Origin: Escherichia phage MX01
Reading direction: 5' to 3' (one strand)
Length of the DNA stretch: 64,000 nucleotides
Sequence record: NC_031934.1
A program made the translations under genes and the position numbers. Below the pieces are notes generated by a model that worked only from the letters and a program-made list of their open reading frames with translations, was not told the DNA's origin and made no database searches. How positions within the stretch are numbered: the first letter of the stretch is position 1; each line of letters opens with the position of its first letter. This document shows positions 52,978 to 63,493 of the stretch, in pieces.

Positions 52978-53236
52978 ACAGTTCTACCACTTCAGTTTTT
53001 TCGTCTTCGAAACGTTCACGAGTGCCTTTATGGTACAGGGAGAACAGTTGGTTAAACATTTTACCGTCTACACCAAGTTCAGTCTTAGCACGGTCTTTGA
53101 TATCTTTAATTTCGTCACCGTAAGCTTCCATTTTTAATTTAGTATCGGAAGCAGACTTAATCAGTTGTGCCAATGTATTACCATGTTCTTCTTGATTGAA
53201 TTCAACTTTCACTTTTTCTTTAGCCATTATATTCAC
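52958..53236 (-). CDS. dsbA: DsbA-like dsDNA-binding protein
   Basis: 92 aa; position between 33 and rnh. Confidence 0.65.
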   Translation of the reverse strand: MNIMAKEKVKVEFNQEEHGNTLAQLIKSASDTKLKMEAYGDEIKDIKDRAKTELGVDGKMFNQLFSLYHKGTRERFEDEKTEVVELYDTIFE

Positions 53237-53237
53237 C

Positions 53238-54185
53238 TTAATAAAAATCAGCTACTGTAGCGGTTAGTTTAGACAAACCAGATTTAACGAAATAAGGATA
53301 AACTTTAGATTTCGAAGGTTTGTTATACGTATTATATCTTTCAGTAATTAAAGCAACAATATCATCTGGAATAAAGTCCATATCAATTAAGATTTGGTTT
53401 TCACAGAAACGTTCATATTGTTCTTCAGTAAGAAGTGTTTTAATTATATCATGGTCGTAATAATTAAGAGCAATTGCTTCAAGTTCCTTGGCACGAGTGC
53501 TAGGAGTACGTTCGCCTTCAACCATCGTCAACCAGTAATCACCACGAACTTTAATACTCGCGACGTTATCCTTGCGGTCGCCTTTAACAACCTTAGTTAC
53601 ACAATCCAATAATGAATCGCCAGATTTTGTTTTGACGAATTTTTTCTGCATTGGAGACCATTGTTTTACCCCAGGGAATTTATGGAGTTGGGTAAAGTCA
53701 CCATCCGAAGAACCGATCATAACAGGATGGCCTAAAGTTGTAAGGATACGGGTTAAAACAGCAATATGGTCGTCAGCTTCGATTGTATCGATATTCATAA
53801 CAATATAAGGCATGTTTTGTTCCAGTTCATCAACAATAATATGCATTGCTGTGAATAAACCTTCCCAATCAAATGGTGATTCGTCACGTGCCTTAGCACG
53901 GTTTTTCTTATAATAAGGTGAATAGCGACGACGCCAATAACCTGATTTAGAGTTATCAACACAAATAACCAGTTGGTTGTAACCTTGTTTACGGAAGTCT
54001 TTAATGTTTTTCTTAATTGAATTCAACACGAGGTGTCGAAGCATTGCTGTAGTTACTTTAGGAAATCCAGCATTCTCACCAAACTCTTGGAAAGCTGCAG
54101 CCATAATGATTTGGCTGAAATCTAGGAGTAAAAATCCATCTTTTTGTTGGTCTTCTTCAGGAAGTAAAAAATCTAAATCGTTCAT
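53238..54185 (-). CDS. rnh: RNase H (5'-3' exonuclease / flap endonuclease)
   Basis: 315 aa; CIDNSKSGYWRR, EADDHIAVL, SSDGDFTQLHK motifs as in T4 RNase H. Confidence 0.95.
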   Translation of the reverse strand: MNDLDFLLPEEDQQKDGFLLLDFSQIIMAAAFQEFGENAGFPKVTTAMLRHLVLNSIKKNIKDFRKQGYNQLVICVDNSKSGYWRRRYSPYYKKNRAKARDESPFDWEGLFTAMHIIVDELEQNMPYIVMNIDTIEADDHIAVLTRILTTLGHPVMIGSSDGDFTQLHKFPGVKQWSPMQKKFVKTKSGDSLLDCVTKVVKGDRKDNVASIKVRGDYWLTMVEGERTPSTRAKELEAIALNYYDHDIIKTLLTEEQYERFCENQILIDMDFIPDDIVALITERYNTYNKPSKSKVYPYFVKSGLSKLTATVADFY

Positions 54186-54252
54186 ATGAACCTCTGTTCA
54201 AGTAGTTGAGAGGTCCATTATATCATGGGTTTTAAGGAAGTAAACATCTTGC

Positions 54253-54260
54253 TATAAATA
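54253..54260 (+). promoter_or_regulatory. Late promoter box TATAAATA upstream of gene 34
   Basis: Exact TATAAATA about 33 nt upstream of gene 34 ATG. Confidence 0.6.
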
Positions 54261-54292
54261 GTTCTATACCCTGAAAACGAAAAGGAAATAAA

Positions 54293-57200
54293 ATGGCCGA
54301 TATTTTAAAACCTGCCTTCCGTGCTACATCCGGACTCGATGCTGCAGGCGAGAAAGTTATCAATGTTGCCAAAGCCGATTACAATGTATTAGACGACGGC
54401 GTCAACGTTGAATTCTTTATAGATGAGAACACCATCCAGGCGTACGACGAGACGCGTGGATATAAGAAAGGGTTTGCAGTAATCCATGACCAACGTATCT
54501 GGGTTGCTCAGCGTGATATCGATGCTCCGGCAGGAACCTTTACACCAGGTTATTGGACAGCAACTCGTACCGACCCTAAGTGGATTACCGTAGCGTCTCC
54601 TACACGCCAACTGGCTTCCGGTGAATATATTGCGGTGGATTCCGCTGCTAGCTTTACTACATTTACCCTGCCTCCTAACCCTACAGATGGCGATACCGTT
54701 GTAATTAAAGATATTGGTGGACGTGTCGGTTATAATGAAATCAAGGTCCAATCTAGTTCTGCACCTGGTGCCGGTAACCAGAAAATTGTTCGTTTTGGTA
54801 ATCAGTTCTCTGAAACCCTGATAACCAAACCATTTTCTTATAACATGCTTATCTTTGCTAACCGTCTTTGGCATTTCTGGGAAGCAGGTAACGAAGAACG
54901 TGGTATCCGTGTAGAACCTAACACCGCTCAGTTCCAATCACAAGCCGGTGATAACGTTTTACGTCGTTATACTTCAGGTGCAGTAATTAAATTTACTCTT
55001 CCTAAGTATGCAAACCAGGGTGATATGATTAAAACCGTTGATATTGATGGTTTAGGAAGTAAGTTCCACTTAATCGTCGAAACATTTGATGCTTCGTCTT
55101 CATTAGGTAAGCTTGGTCAGCATAGCATGGAATTCCGTACCTCCGGTGATGGATTCTTCGTTTATAACTCTAACGAAAAATTATGGTATGTTTGGGACGG
55201 CGACCGTCAAACTCGTTTACGCGTAATTCGTGACGATGTTGAGCTCTTGGCTAATGAAAGTGTCATTGTTTTTGGTCCTAATAATACAACGCCGCAGACG
55301 ATTAATATCACATTACCTACAGGTGTAGCCCAGGGTGATGTAGTTAAGATTGCTCTGAACTATCTCCGTAAAGCTCAGACGGTAAATATTAAGGCTGCTG
55401 TAGGAGATAAAATTGCTTCATCTGTCCAGCTGCTTCAATTCCCTAAACGTTCGGAATATCCGCCAGAAACCGAATGGGTATTGAATGATGTACTGACCTT
55501 TAATGGTAATATAAGTTATACTCCGGTTATTGAACTGAGTTATATCGAAGACACCACTATAGGTGGCAAATATTGGGTTGTTGCTCAGAACGTTCCTACT
55601 ATAGAACGTGTAGATTCTAAAGATGATTTAACTCGTGCTCGTTTAGGTGTTATTGCCCTTGCGTCCCAGACTCAAGCAAACGTTGACCACGAAAATAATC
55701 CTGAGAAAGAACTTGCAATTACTCCACAGACTTTAGCTAATCGTGTAGCGACTGAATCTCGTCGTGGTATTGCTCGTATTGCTACTACTGCTCAGGTGAA
55801 CCAGGACACAACCTTCGCATTCCAGGACGATTTGATTATTTCTCCTAAGAAATTAAACGAACGTACTGCAACCGAAACTCGTCGTGGTGTTGCTGAAATT
55901 GCTACGCAAGTTGAAACTAACACGGGTACAGATGATACTACAATCATCACTCCTAAGAAGCTACAAGCACGCCAGGGTTCGGAAAGTCTTTCAGGTATTG
56001 TAACATATACCTCTACTGTAGGAACCACTCCTGCGACTGCTAGAGACACTGTAGGTACTAACGTTTATAATAAGAACGTTGGCAATTTGGTTATTTCTCC
56101 TAAAGCTCTCGACCAGTATAAAGCTACCCAAGTTCAACAGGGTACAGTATATCTTTCTAACCAATCTGAAGTTAACGCAGGTCAAACTGCAAGTGGATTT
56201 GCCAACAGTGCTGTTTCTCCGGAAACATTACATGCTCGTGTGGCTCTTGATACTCGTACAGGGTTAATTGAAATTGCTACGCAAGCAGAGACTGATACTG
56301 GAACAGATTATACTCGTGCGGTAACGCCTAAAACGTTAAATGATAGGAAAGCTACGGAAGGATTGACTGGTATTGCTAGAATTGCAACACAGGTAGAATT
56401 TGATGCTGGTACGTTAGATAATGTTATTTCAACTCCGTTGAAAGTTAAAACACGTTTTAATGATACTGCTAGAACTTCTGTCTCAGCAGCCAGTGGTTTG
56501 GTTGAATCAGGAACCTTATGGAACCATTATACACTAGATATTAGAGAAGCAAATGAGACACAACGTGGTACTGCTCGCCTGGCGACCCAGACCGAAGTCA
56601 ACGTTGGTACCGATGATAAAACTATCATCACTCCTTTGAAATTGCATTCTAAAAAATCTACTGAAAGTTCTGAAGGTATTATTCGTGTTGCAACGAATAC
56701 CGAAACAACCGCAGGAACTTCTAAAGTTCTGGCTGTAAGCCCTTCTGGTTTAAAATATGTAGTACAGACCGAAACCACTTGGGAAGCTACTGCCCTTCGT
56801 CGCGGATTTGTTAAACTAACCGAAGGTGCTTTAACCTATTCAGGAAATAAAGTTACTGGTTCTGGTGTTAAATTTAACTCAGGTACAGGCCTTTACGAGA
56901 ACGACGATACTGTTCTGAACGCAGCTAACTACCCTAAAACAGGTTATGCTGTTTCATCTTACGAGATGAATAAAACTTTACAGAACTTTTTACCTATAAA
57001 TGCTACGGCAGTGAACTCCGAGAAATTGGATGGCCTAGATTCACTTCAGTTCATTCGTAGAGACGTCGACCAAACGGTTAATGGTTCTTTAACGTTGACA
57101 AAACAATTGAACCTGGCAGCTCCTCTGGTGTCTTCTAGTACGGCTAATATTACCGGCAACACTATTTTAGGTTCTCTAGAAGTAACTGGAAATTCTACTT

Positions 57201-58342
57201 TTAAAAATGATGTATCTGTTAGCTCAGGTAAATCTATTAAATTTGTAGGGCCCCAGTCAGGTGCAGGTACTTGGAACTCTCAAGGTGATACTTTAGCTCC
57301 GATTTTTGCCGAGATAAATTCGACCCCAGATGCCAAGTTCCATCCTATTGTTAAACAACGTTTAGGGCAAGGTACGTTCTCTTTAGGCACTGTAAATGAT
57401 GGAACTCGTGATTTTAAAATACATTATCTTCCATCGCCGGGTTCTTTAGAATCTTTCTACTGGACCTTTAATACGACCGGTGACTTTGCTGTTAATAGTG
57501 GTTCTATTAGTATTTCCAAGAACGCTAATATCACAGGTACAACTACTTCTAACGGTGTTTCTACAACCACACTAAATGCTTCTGCTCTGTCTTCGTTGCA
57601 AAACGTAACTACTTCAGGTACTATCGTTTCTACCGGACAGGTATCTGCAAATAATGGTTTGGTTGCTCAAAAATACGTTCGTTCTGTTGGTGTTAAACCT
57701 ACATTAGCATCGCAGGTTCCTACTGCAGAAACAGTTGGCTTCTGGTCTGTTGATATCAATGATTCGGCCACATTTAACCTGTTCCCAGGTTATTGGACGA
57801 TGAAAACGAAACGTCAGGTTAATATTGACACGGTCCAAACTAAACCTGCTGGTGTTTCTGATGAGATATGGAATGCTTCTGGTTGGTTAACAGAAACGGG
57901 TGCATTTAGTTCTCCGGCTATTCGTTATCGTAACGAAGACGGTAGTTTTGGTGACGAAGTTCTCGGTACATCAGGTCAGAAATTACGTGGTACTTGGTTT
58001 GATTATTCTGTTCGTGATAAGGAAGTTAAATATCCTGGTACGTTAACCCAGTTTGGTAATACTCTGGATTCATGTTATCAGGATTGGGTGTGCTATCCTA
58101 CAGGATTGAATGGTGGTACTATTCGTTATACACGTACCTGGCAGAAAAATAAAAACGCATGGACTACGTTCTCTATGGTCTATACCGCAGATAACCCTCC
58201 TTCTGCGGAAGAGGTTGGTGCATTGCCTGCTGATAACGCTACAATGGGTAACATTACAATCCTTGATTGGTTACGTATTGGTAACGTTCGTATTATTCCT
58301 GACCCAGTCACTAAATCCGTTAAGTTTGAGTGGATTGAATAA
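54293..58342 (+). CDS. 34: Long tail fibre proximal subunit gp34
   Basis: 1349 aa; internal degenerate fibre repeats; late box 54253-54260; followed by 35-36-37. Confidence 0.95.
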   Translation: MADILKPAFRATSGLDAAGEKVINVAKADYNVLDDGVNVEFFIDENTIQAYDETRGYKKGFAVIHDQRIWVAQRDIDAPAGTFTPGYWTATRTDPKWITVASPTRQLASGEYIAVDSAASFTTFTLPPNPTDGDTVVIKDIGGRVGYNEIKVQSSSAPGAGNQKIVRFGNQFSETLITKPFSYNMLIFANRLWHFWEAGNEERGIRVEPNTAQFQSQAGDNVLRRYTSGAVIKFTLPKYANQGDMIKTVDIDGLGSKFHLIVETFDASSSLGKLGQHSMEFRTSGDGFFVYNSNEKLWYVWDGDRQTRLRVIRDDVELLANESVIVFGPNNTTPQTINITLPTGVAQGDVVKIALNYLRKAQTVNIKAAVGDKIASSVQLLQFPKRSEYPPETEWVLNDVLTFNGNISYTPVIELSYIEDTTIGGKYWVVAQNVPTIERVDSKDDLTRARLGVIALASQTQANVDHENNPEKELAITPQTLANRVATESRRGIARIATTAQVNQDTTFAFQDDLIISPKKLNERTATETRRGVAEIATQVETNTGTDDTTIITPKKLQARQGSESLSGIVTYTSTVGTTPATARDTVGTNVYNKNVGNLVISPKALDQYKATQVQQGTVYLSNQSEVNAGQTASGFANSAVSPETLHARVALDTRTGLIEIATQAETDTGTDYTRAVTPKTLNDRKATEGLTGIARIATQVEFDAGTLDNVISTPLKVKTRFNDTARTSVSAASGLVESGTLWNHYTLDIREANETQRGTARLATQTEVNVGTDDKTIITPLKLHSKKSTESSEGIIRVATNTETTAGTSKVLAVSPSGLKYVVQTETTWEATALRRGFVKLTEGALTYSGNKVTGSGVKFNSGTGLYENDDTVLNAANYPKTGYAVSSYEMNKTLQNFLPINATAVNSEKLDGLDSLQFIRRDVDQTVNGSLTLTKQLNLAAPLVSSSTANITGNTILGSLEVTGNSTFKNDVSVSSGKSIKFVGPQSGAGTWNSQGDTLAPIFAEINSTPDAKFHPIVKQRLGQGTFSLGTVNDGTRDFKIHYLPSPGSLESFYWTFNTTGDFAVNSGSISISKNANITGTTTSNGVSTTTLNASALSSLQNVTTSGTIVSTGQVSANNGLVAQKYVRSVGVKPTLASQVPTAETVGFWSVDINDSATFNLFPGYWTMKTKRQVNIDTVQTKPAGVSDEIWNASGWLTETGAFSSPAIRYRNEDGSFGDEVLGTSGQKLRGTWFDYSVRDKEVKYPGTLTQFGNTLDSCYQDWVCYPTGLNGGTIRYTRTWQKNKNAWTTFSMVYTADNPPSAEEVGALPADNATMGNITILDWLRIGNVRIIPDPVTKSVKFEWIE
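55720..56830 (+). repeat. Degenerate in-frame tandem repeats within gene 34
   Basis: Recurring peptide unit E(S/T)RRG(I/V)A(R/E)IAT...(V/T)(N/D)xGTDDTTIITPKKL, at least six copies. Confidence 0.5.
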
Positions 58343-58350
58343 GAGGTATT

Positions 58351-59472
58351 ATGGAAAGATTTATGGCAGAATTTGGACAAGGATATGTCCAGGTTCCTAC
58401 ATTATCTGAAAACAATGCTGTAAGGTATAAACTTAGTATAGCGGGTAGTTGTACTAAGTCTACCACAAAAGCATATGTTAAATTTCAAGATGGGGACTTC
58501 GGTCCCCAGAATTTTCAAAATGGATTAAACCTTATAGAAATCGATGTTAGTGCTGAACCCAAAATAGTGGCTAACAAAACTTATAGTTTTACAAAAGATT
58601 TTGATGTTATCTCTGAAGCTTTTATAACGTATATAAATTCTATACCAGCCAATAGAATAGTTTGTTTAGTATCTTCTGGTAGATTAAATGCTTCACAAAA
58701 ACTTATCGATTGGTTCCGTGCAGCAGGAAGTACCGCATTTCCATCTAAATGGCTAATAGACCGCTTCGAGCCGTCTTATTCGGCATTTTATGTTTCAGGA
58801 AGGAATACCATAGTAATGGAACATGTGCTTTATAATGATGGGGTGTTTGTCGAAGATGTTTCTACTCCATTAGAAGTGGTATTTGATGATATCAGCGACG
58901 TCGGTGGTACAGGATATCCTGTCAGAATTGTTGAAGACGAAAGCACTTATCTAAGCAATGATGGAGATGAAATTAAGCGATTTCCTACCGAATCTCCTAC
59001 CACCCCATTAACAGATTATAATATGAAACCAGGTGAATTCTTTTACCTTAAGTTTCAATTAATGTGCGACCAAGCTTTAAAAGATGTCGGGACCTCTCAG
59101 ATGTCTGTTAGATTTTTTAATGCCTCAGGTGCTTTAACCGGGACAGTTAATATGGACGTTCCTTCCAACGTTCCTGCTGGTGCATGGATGACATTTGAAC
59201 GGGTTGTAATGGTTCCTGAAGGTACTACAGACTTTACCCTTTATGCCAGAAAAACAGCTTCGGCCGGACAAGGTGGAGTTCGAAATGTTATGTTCGGTGA
59301 GATATCTGAATCAGAACCTCAGCCAAAACCTGCTGAATTTGGTGTTAACGGTATTCGTATGAACTTTGGTACGGAAACTAAAAATATGGGTACTACCATA
59401 GCCCAGCTATATGATAAAACAGGCACTAAACCTGGTCAGGTTTGGGTCGCTGAATTTAGAGAAAAATATTAA
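58351..59472 (+). CDS. 35: Long tail fibre hinge protein gp35
   Basis: 373 aa (T4 gp35 372 aa); position. Confidence 0.9.
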   Translation: MERFMAEFGQGYVQVPTLSENNAVRYKLSIAGSCTKSTTKAYVKFQDGDFGPQNFQNGLNLIEIDVSAEPKIVANKTYSFTKDFDVISEAFITYINSIPANRIVCLVSSGRLNASQKLIDWFRAAGSTAFPSKWLIDRFEPSYSAFYVSGRNTIVMEHVLYNDGVFVEDVSTPLEVVFDDISDVGGTGYPVRIVEDESTYLSNDGDEIKRFPTESPTTPLTDYNMKPGEFFYLKFQLMCDQALKDVGTSQMSVRFFNASGALTGTVNMDVPSNVPAGAWMTFERVVMVPEGTTDFTLYARKTASAGQGGVRNVMFGEISESEPQPKPAEFGVNGIRMNFGTETKNMGTTIAQLYDKTGTKPGQVWVAEFREKY

Positions 59473-59546
59473 GGAACCTTCGGGTTCCTTTTTCGTTTTT
59501 ACAGCCATAAATATATAAAAGGCTATAACTCCCAAAGGAAACTCAA

Positions 59547-60194
59547 ATGGCAGATTTAAAATTAGGTTCTACAGCAGGAGGTTCGGTATTATGGCACCAA
59601 GGTAATTTTCCCTTAACGCCTGTATCAAATGACCTTCTTTACAAAACATATAAAGTTTACACCGAATATAATAAACCACAAGCCACTGATAACGATTTTG
59701 TTTCAAAAGCAAATGGTGGTAATTATAAGAATAACGTGTATTTTGAAAAAGGGCTGACCTTTAATGATACTAATGGATACGGTATTAAATTAGGAGCAAG
59801 AACTGGCGGAGCACCGTTCACGGCTTCTTTCCGTATTAAAGGCGCTTTTGGATATGAAACGGAAGACGGTACTCCGTTCATGATATTCAACCCAAGTACA
59901 GTAGTAGGTGCTAAACGCCTTACAGTAATGGGTGATTCATTATTCCGTCAAGTTTATGACGAATCAGGTCGTGTATTCAGCCCAGGCAACACCCCTACTA
60001 AAGCTCAAGTAGGATTATCGTTAGTAGATAACGCAAAACAGGTCCAAATAAATAATACTAACATGCAAACAATGACCGGGGTACTTGCTGCTCCTAACTT
60101 TATTTCGCTGAATCCGGCCTCTGACGCAGGACACGTTCCTCGTTTTGACCAGATTGTTATTAAAGATTCTATTCAAGATTTTGGTTATTATTAA
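59547..60194 (+). CDS. 36: Long tail fibre distal connector gp36
   Basis: 215 aa; position. Confidence 0.9.
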   Translation: MADLKLGSTAGGSVLWHQGNFPLTPVSNDLLYKTYKVYTEYNKPQATDNDFVSKANGGNYKNNVYFEKGLTFNDTNGYGIKLGARTGGAPFTASFRIKGAFGYETEDGTPFMIFNPSTVVGAKRLTVMGDSLFRQVYDESGRVFSPGNTPTKAQVGLSLVDNAKQVQINNTNMQTMTGVLAAPNFISLNPASDAGHVPRFDQIVIKDSIQDFGYY

Positions 60195-60202
60195 GAGGCA
60201 TT

Positions 60203-63200
60203 ATGGCTACTTTAAAGCAAATCCAATTTAAAAGAAGTAAAGTGGCCGGTGTACGTCCAACACCGGCCCAGTTGGCTGAAGGCGAACTGGCTATTAACTT
60301 AAAGGACCGTTTACTTTTTACTAAAGACGATACTGGAGCGATTATCGACCTTGGCTTTGCTAAAGGTGGTAATATCGATGGTAACGTTATCCATAAAGGA
60401 AATTACACCCAAACCGGTAATTATACTATAGCCGGAGCCATTTCACAAACGTCCGGACATTTTACTACTACTGGTAATATAACAGCAACCGGTGATATTA
60501 CTGCAAAAGCCCGTTTAATGACAGATAACGGTGAAGTTCTTGTACGAGGTACAGGAACTACTCATGTTCGATTCCAGGATTTGGCTGATGCTCGCGAAAG
60601 AGGTATAATTTATTCTCAAAACCGTGCTGGGGATACCAAGCAAATCTTGAACGTTCGTGTCCAGGATTATACTAATTCGACATCTAATATTTTTGCATTC
60701 AACGGCGACGGTTTATTTTATGCTCCGTCTATTTCTGGTGGAACATCAATAAAATCTCCAGTAATTTATACTAATACCGTTAATACTGATAGTAAGAAGA
60801 TTGGTGATTACGATATATCTTCATTAGCAAATAACACTCCATTTGCAGAAGGCGAAACGGCTATTAACCACCTCCGTGTTATGCGAAATGCTGTAGGAGC
60901 AGGTATTTTCCACGAAGTTAATGTTAATGACGGAATAACCTGGTATTCCGGAGATGGCTTAGACACTTATCTTTGGTCGTTTACCTGGTCCGGTGGATTG
61001 AAAGCAGGTCATTCTATTTCTGTAGGTCTTCCAGGTGGTTCTAAAGGATATTCTGAATTAGGAACTGCATCAATTGCTCTTGGCGATAATGACACCGGGT
61101 TAAAATGGCATCAGGATGGATATTATTTCAGCGTTAATAACGGCACGAGAACTTTCCTGTACAGCCCCGCAGAAACCACCAGTCTTAGAAAAATGGTTAT
61201 GGGTTATTCTGTAAACGGTACCGATTTAACCACTCCTCCGGTGGAAAACTATGCATTAGCCACTGTTGTTACTTACCATGATAATAACGCGGTAGGTGAC
61301 GGCCAAACTCTTTTAGGTTATTATCAAGGTGGTAATTATCACCACTATTTCCGTGGTAAAGGTACTACAAACGTTAACACTGCTGGCGGTTTGTTAGTTA
61401 CTCCTGGTAATATTGATGTTGTTGGTGGTTCGGTTAATATTGATGGCCGTAACAACGCTTCGACTCTTTTGTTCAGAGGAAATACAACAGGAAGTAGTTC
61501 AGTTGATAATATGACTATCAGCGTTTGGGGTGACACTTTTAATACGGTAGGTGGTTCTCGTAAAAACGTAATGGAAACATCTGATGCTACCGGCTGGATG
61601 CATTATATTCAACGAACTACAGCAGGTAAAGTCGAATCCTATTTAAATGGTTCCATGAATGTAATTGAAGGATTGACTGTAGTAAAAAATGCTACATTTG
61701 ACGGTACAATCAGCGCAGCCGGTGGAATCGCGACAAATGCTGTAAATGGTCTTCGTATTTGGAACGACGACTACGGTGCTATTTTCCGCCGTTCTGAAAA
61801 TGGCCTTCATATTATTCCTACCGAGTTTGGACAAGGTAAAACCGGAAATATCGGACCACTTCGCCCATTTAGTATAGCTTTAGATACAGGTAAGGTTAAT
61901 ATTCCTGATTTACAGTCAAGATACAATACGATCACTGCGAACGGCTATATTAAATTTGTTGGCCATGGTGCAGGCGCTGGTGGTTATGACATTCAATATG
62001 CTCAAGCGGCTCCTATTTTCCAGGAAATTGATGATGACGCAGTAAGTAAATATTATCCTATTGTTAAACAGAAGTTTTTAAACAGTAAAGCTGTTTGGTC
62101 TTTAGGTACTGAAATAGAATCTGGTACATTCGTTATTCATCATCTGAAAGAAGATGGTTCACAAGGCCATACGTCTCGTTTTAATCAAGACGGTACTGTT
62201 AACTTCCCGGATAATGTTCTGGTCGACGGTGATATTAACATGAAAGGCGTGATGACTTTTGATGCCGGACGTTTAGGATCACGAGATTATTTTAAATTTA
62301 ACCATTGGGGTGATAGTAATAATGCTCGTGATAACATCATCCAGTTAGAAGATAGTCAAGGCGCCCATTTTTCCACTGAACGTACTTTAGCGACAGGTGC
62401 AATTAAAACTCGTTTCTTTGGCGAAACATTCACTGATGGTACATTATACCTAAATCAGATGAATAATAGCTCTGAAGGATTCTCTATTAATAATTGGGGA
62501 AATTCAGAAGTTGGTCGCGCGGCAGTGATGGAAGTCAGTGATTCCAAAGGTTATCACTTCTATACGGAACGCAGGACAGATAACAGTTTGGCGTTTGATG
62601 TTGCTGGCAATTTTACTACGCATGGACCTAGCGGAATAACCATCAAAAACTCAACTGGCGCTCGCCACATCTGGTTTAAAGATGATAGCGATGCAGAAAA
62701 GGCTGTTATCTGGGCTACAGATGAGGGTATTTTACATATTCGCAATAATCATGGGGGTTCATTTAGTCATCACTTCCAGGGCGCAATGATTAAAGTGGGA
62801 GAGCGTGTTCCTTATGCCGGAGATCAAGGGCTTATTCGCGGTGAAGTTTCTGGTGGTGCATGGGTAGACTGGCGAGAGCGCCCGGCTGGTATTCTCTTAG
62901 ATTGTCAGGATTCACAAAACCAAGCATATTCAATTTGGAAAGCAGTTCATTGGGGTTCTGATTATCTTGCGACAATGGGTGTTCATGCTGGCGGTGGTAA
63001 CGCTACCGTAATGATGCATATGAACAAAGGCGGCTGGTATTCATGGGCTGCAAATGGTGATTTCACATCTAGTGCTTCTGTATATTGTAACGACGTTTAT
63101 ATTCGTTCTGACCGTCGTCTGAAAATTAACGTTGAAGACTACGAAGAAAATGCGGTAGATAAGGTAAATAAACTAAAAGTTAAAACCTACGATAAAGTTA

Positions 63201-63460
63201 AGTCTCTTTCTGACCGAGAAGTCATCGCACATGATATTGGTATTATCGCGCAGGATTTACAAGAAATTTTACCGGAAGCTGTTAGCACTTCTAATGTCGG
63301 ATCTCTTGATAACCCAGAAGAAATTTTAACAATTTCTAACTCTGCTGTGAACGCGCTTTTAATTAAGGCCATTCAGGAAATGAGTGAAGAAATTAAAGAA
63401 TTGAAAACGCCTCTCTTTACTAAAATTGCTCGCAAAATTGGTAAATACTTTAAATTCTAA
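60203..63460 (+). CDS. 37: Long tail fibre distal subunit gp37 with C-terminal intramolecular chaperone-like domain
   Basis: 1085 aa; C-terminal ~120 aa (SDRRLKINVEDY...AHDIGIIAQDLQEILPEAV...) resembles autoproteolytic fibre chaperone domains. Confidence 0.93.
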   Translation: MATLKQIQFKRSKVAGVRPTPAQLAEGELAINLKDRLLFTKDDTGAIIDLGFAKGGNIDGNVIHKGNYTQTGNYTIAGAISQTSGHFTTTGNITATGDITAKARLMTDNGEVLVRGTGTTHVRFQDLADARERGIIYSQNRAGDTKQILNVRVQDYTNSTSNIFAFNGDGLFYAPSISGGTSIKSPVIYTNTVNTDSKKIGDYDISSLANNTPFAEGETAINHLRVMRNAVGAGIFHEVNVNDGITWYSGDGLDTYLWSFTWSGGLKAGHSISVGLPGGSKGYSELGTASIALGDNDTGLKWHQDGYYFSVNNGTRTFLYSPAETTSLRKMVMGYSVNGTDLTTPPVENYALATVVTYHDNNAVGDGQTLLGYYQGGNYHHYFRGKGTTNVNTAGGLLVTPGNIDVVGGSVNIDGRNNASTLLFRGNTTGSSSVDNMTISVWGDTFNTVGGSRKNVMETSDATGWMHYIQRTTAGKVESYLNGSMNVIEGLTVVKNATFDGTISAAGGIATNAVNGLRIWNDDYGAIFRRSENGLHIIPTEFGQGKTGNIGPLRPFSIALDTGKVNIPDLQSRYNTITANGYIKFVGHGAGAGGYDIQYAQAAPIFQEIDDDAVSKYYPIVKQKFLNSKAVWSLGTEIESGTFVIHHLKEDGSQGHTSRFNQDGTVNFPDNVLVDGDINMKGVMTFDAGRLGSRDYFKFNHWGDSNNARDNIIQLEDSQGAHFSTERTLATGAIKTRFFGETFTDGTLYLNQMNNSSEGFSINNWGNSEVGRAAVMEVSDSKGYHFYTERRTDNSLAFDVAGNFTTHGPSGITIKNSTGARHIWFKDDSDAEKAVIWATDEGILHIRNNHGGSFSHHFQGAMIKVGERVPYAGDQGLIRGEVSGGAWVDWRERPAGILLDCQDSQNQAYSIWKAVHWGSDYLATMGVHAGGGNATVMMHMNKGGWYSWAANGDFTSSASVYCNDVYIRSDRRLKINVEDYEENAVDKVNKLKVKTYDKVKSLSDREVIAHDIGIIAQDLQEILPEAVSTSNVGSLDNPEEILTISNSAVNALLIKAIQEMSEEIKELKTPLFTKIARKIGKYFKF

Positions 63461-63464
63461 TAAC

Positions 63465-63481
63465 AAGGGGCATTGCCCCTT
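63465..63481 (+). terminator. Short hairpin AAGGGGC-ATT-GCCCCTT between genes 37 and 38
   Basis: 7-bp stem directly after gene 37 stop and before gene 38 RBS. Confidence 0.45.
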
Positions 63482-63493
63482 TGGAGATAAATT

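Noticed and set aside
54389-54937. 182-aa ORF antisense to gene 34
   Set aside because: Inside the tail fibre gene on the opposite strand with no expression signals.
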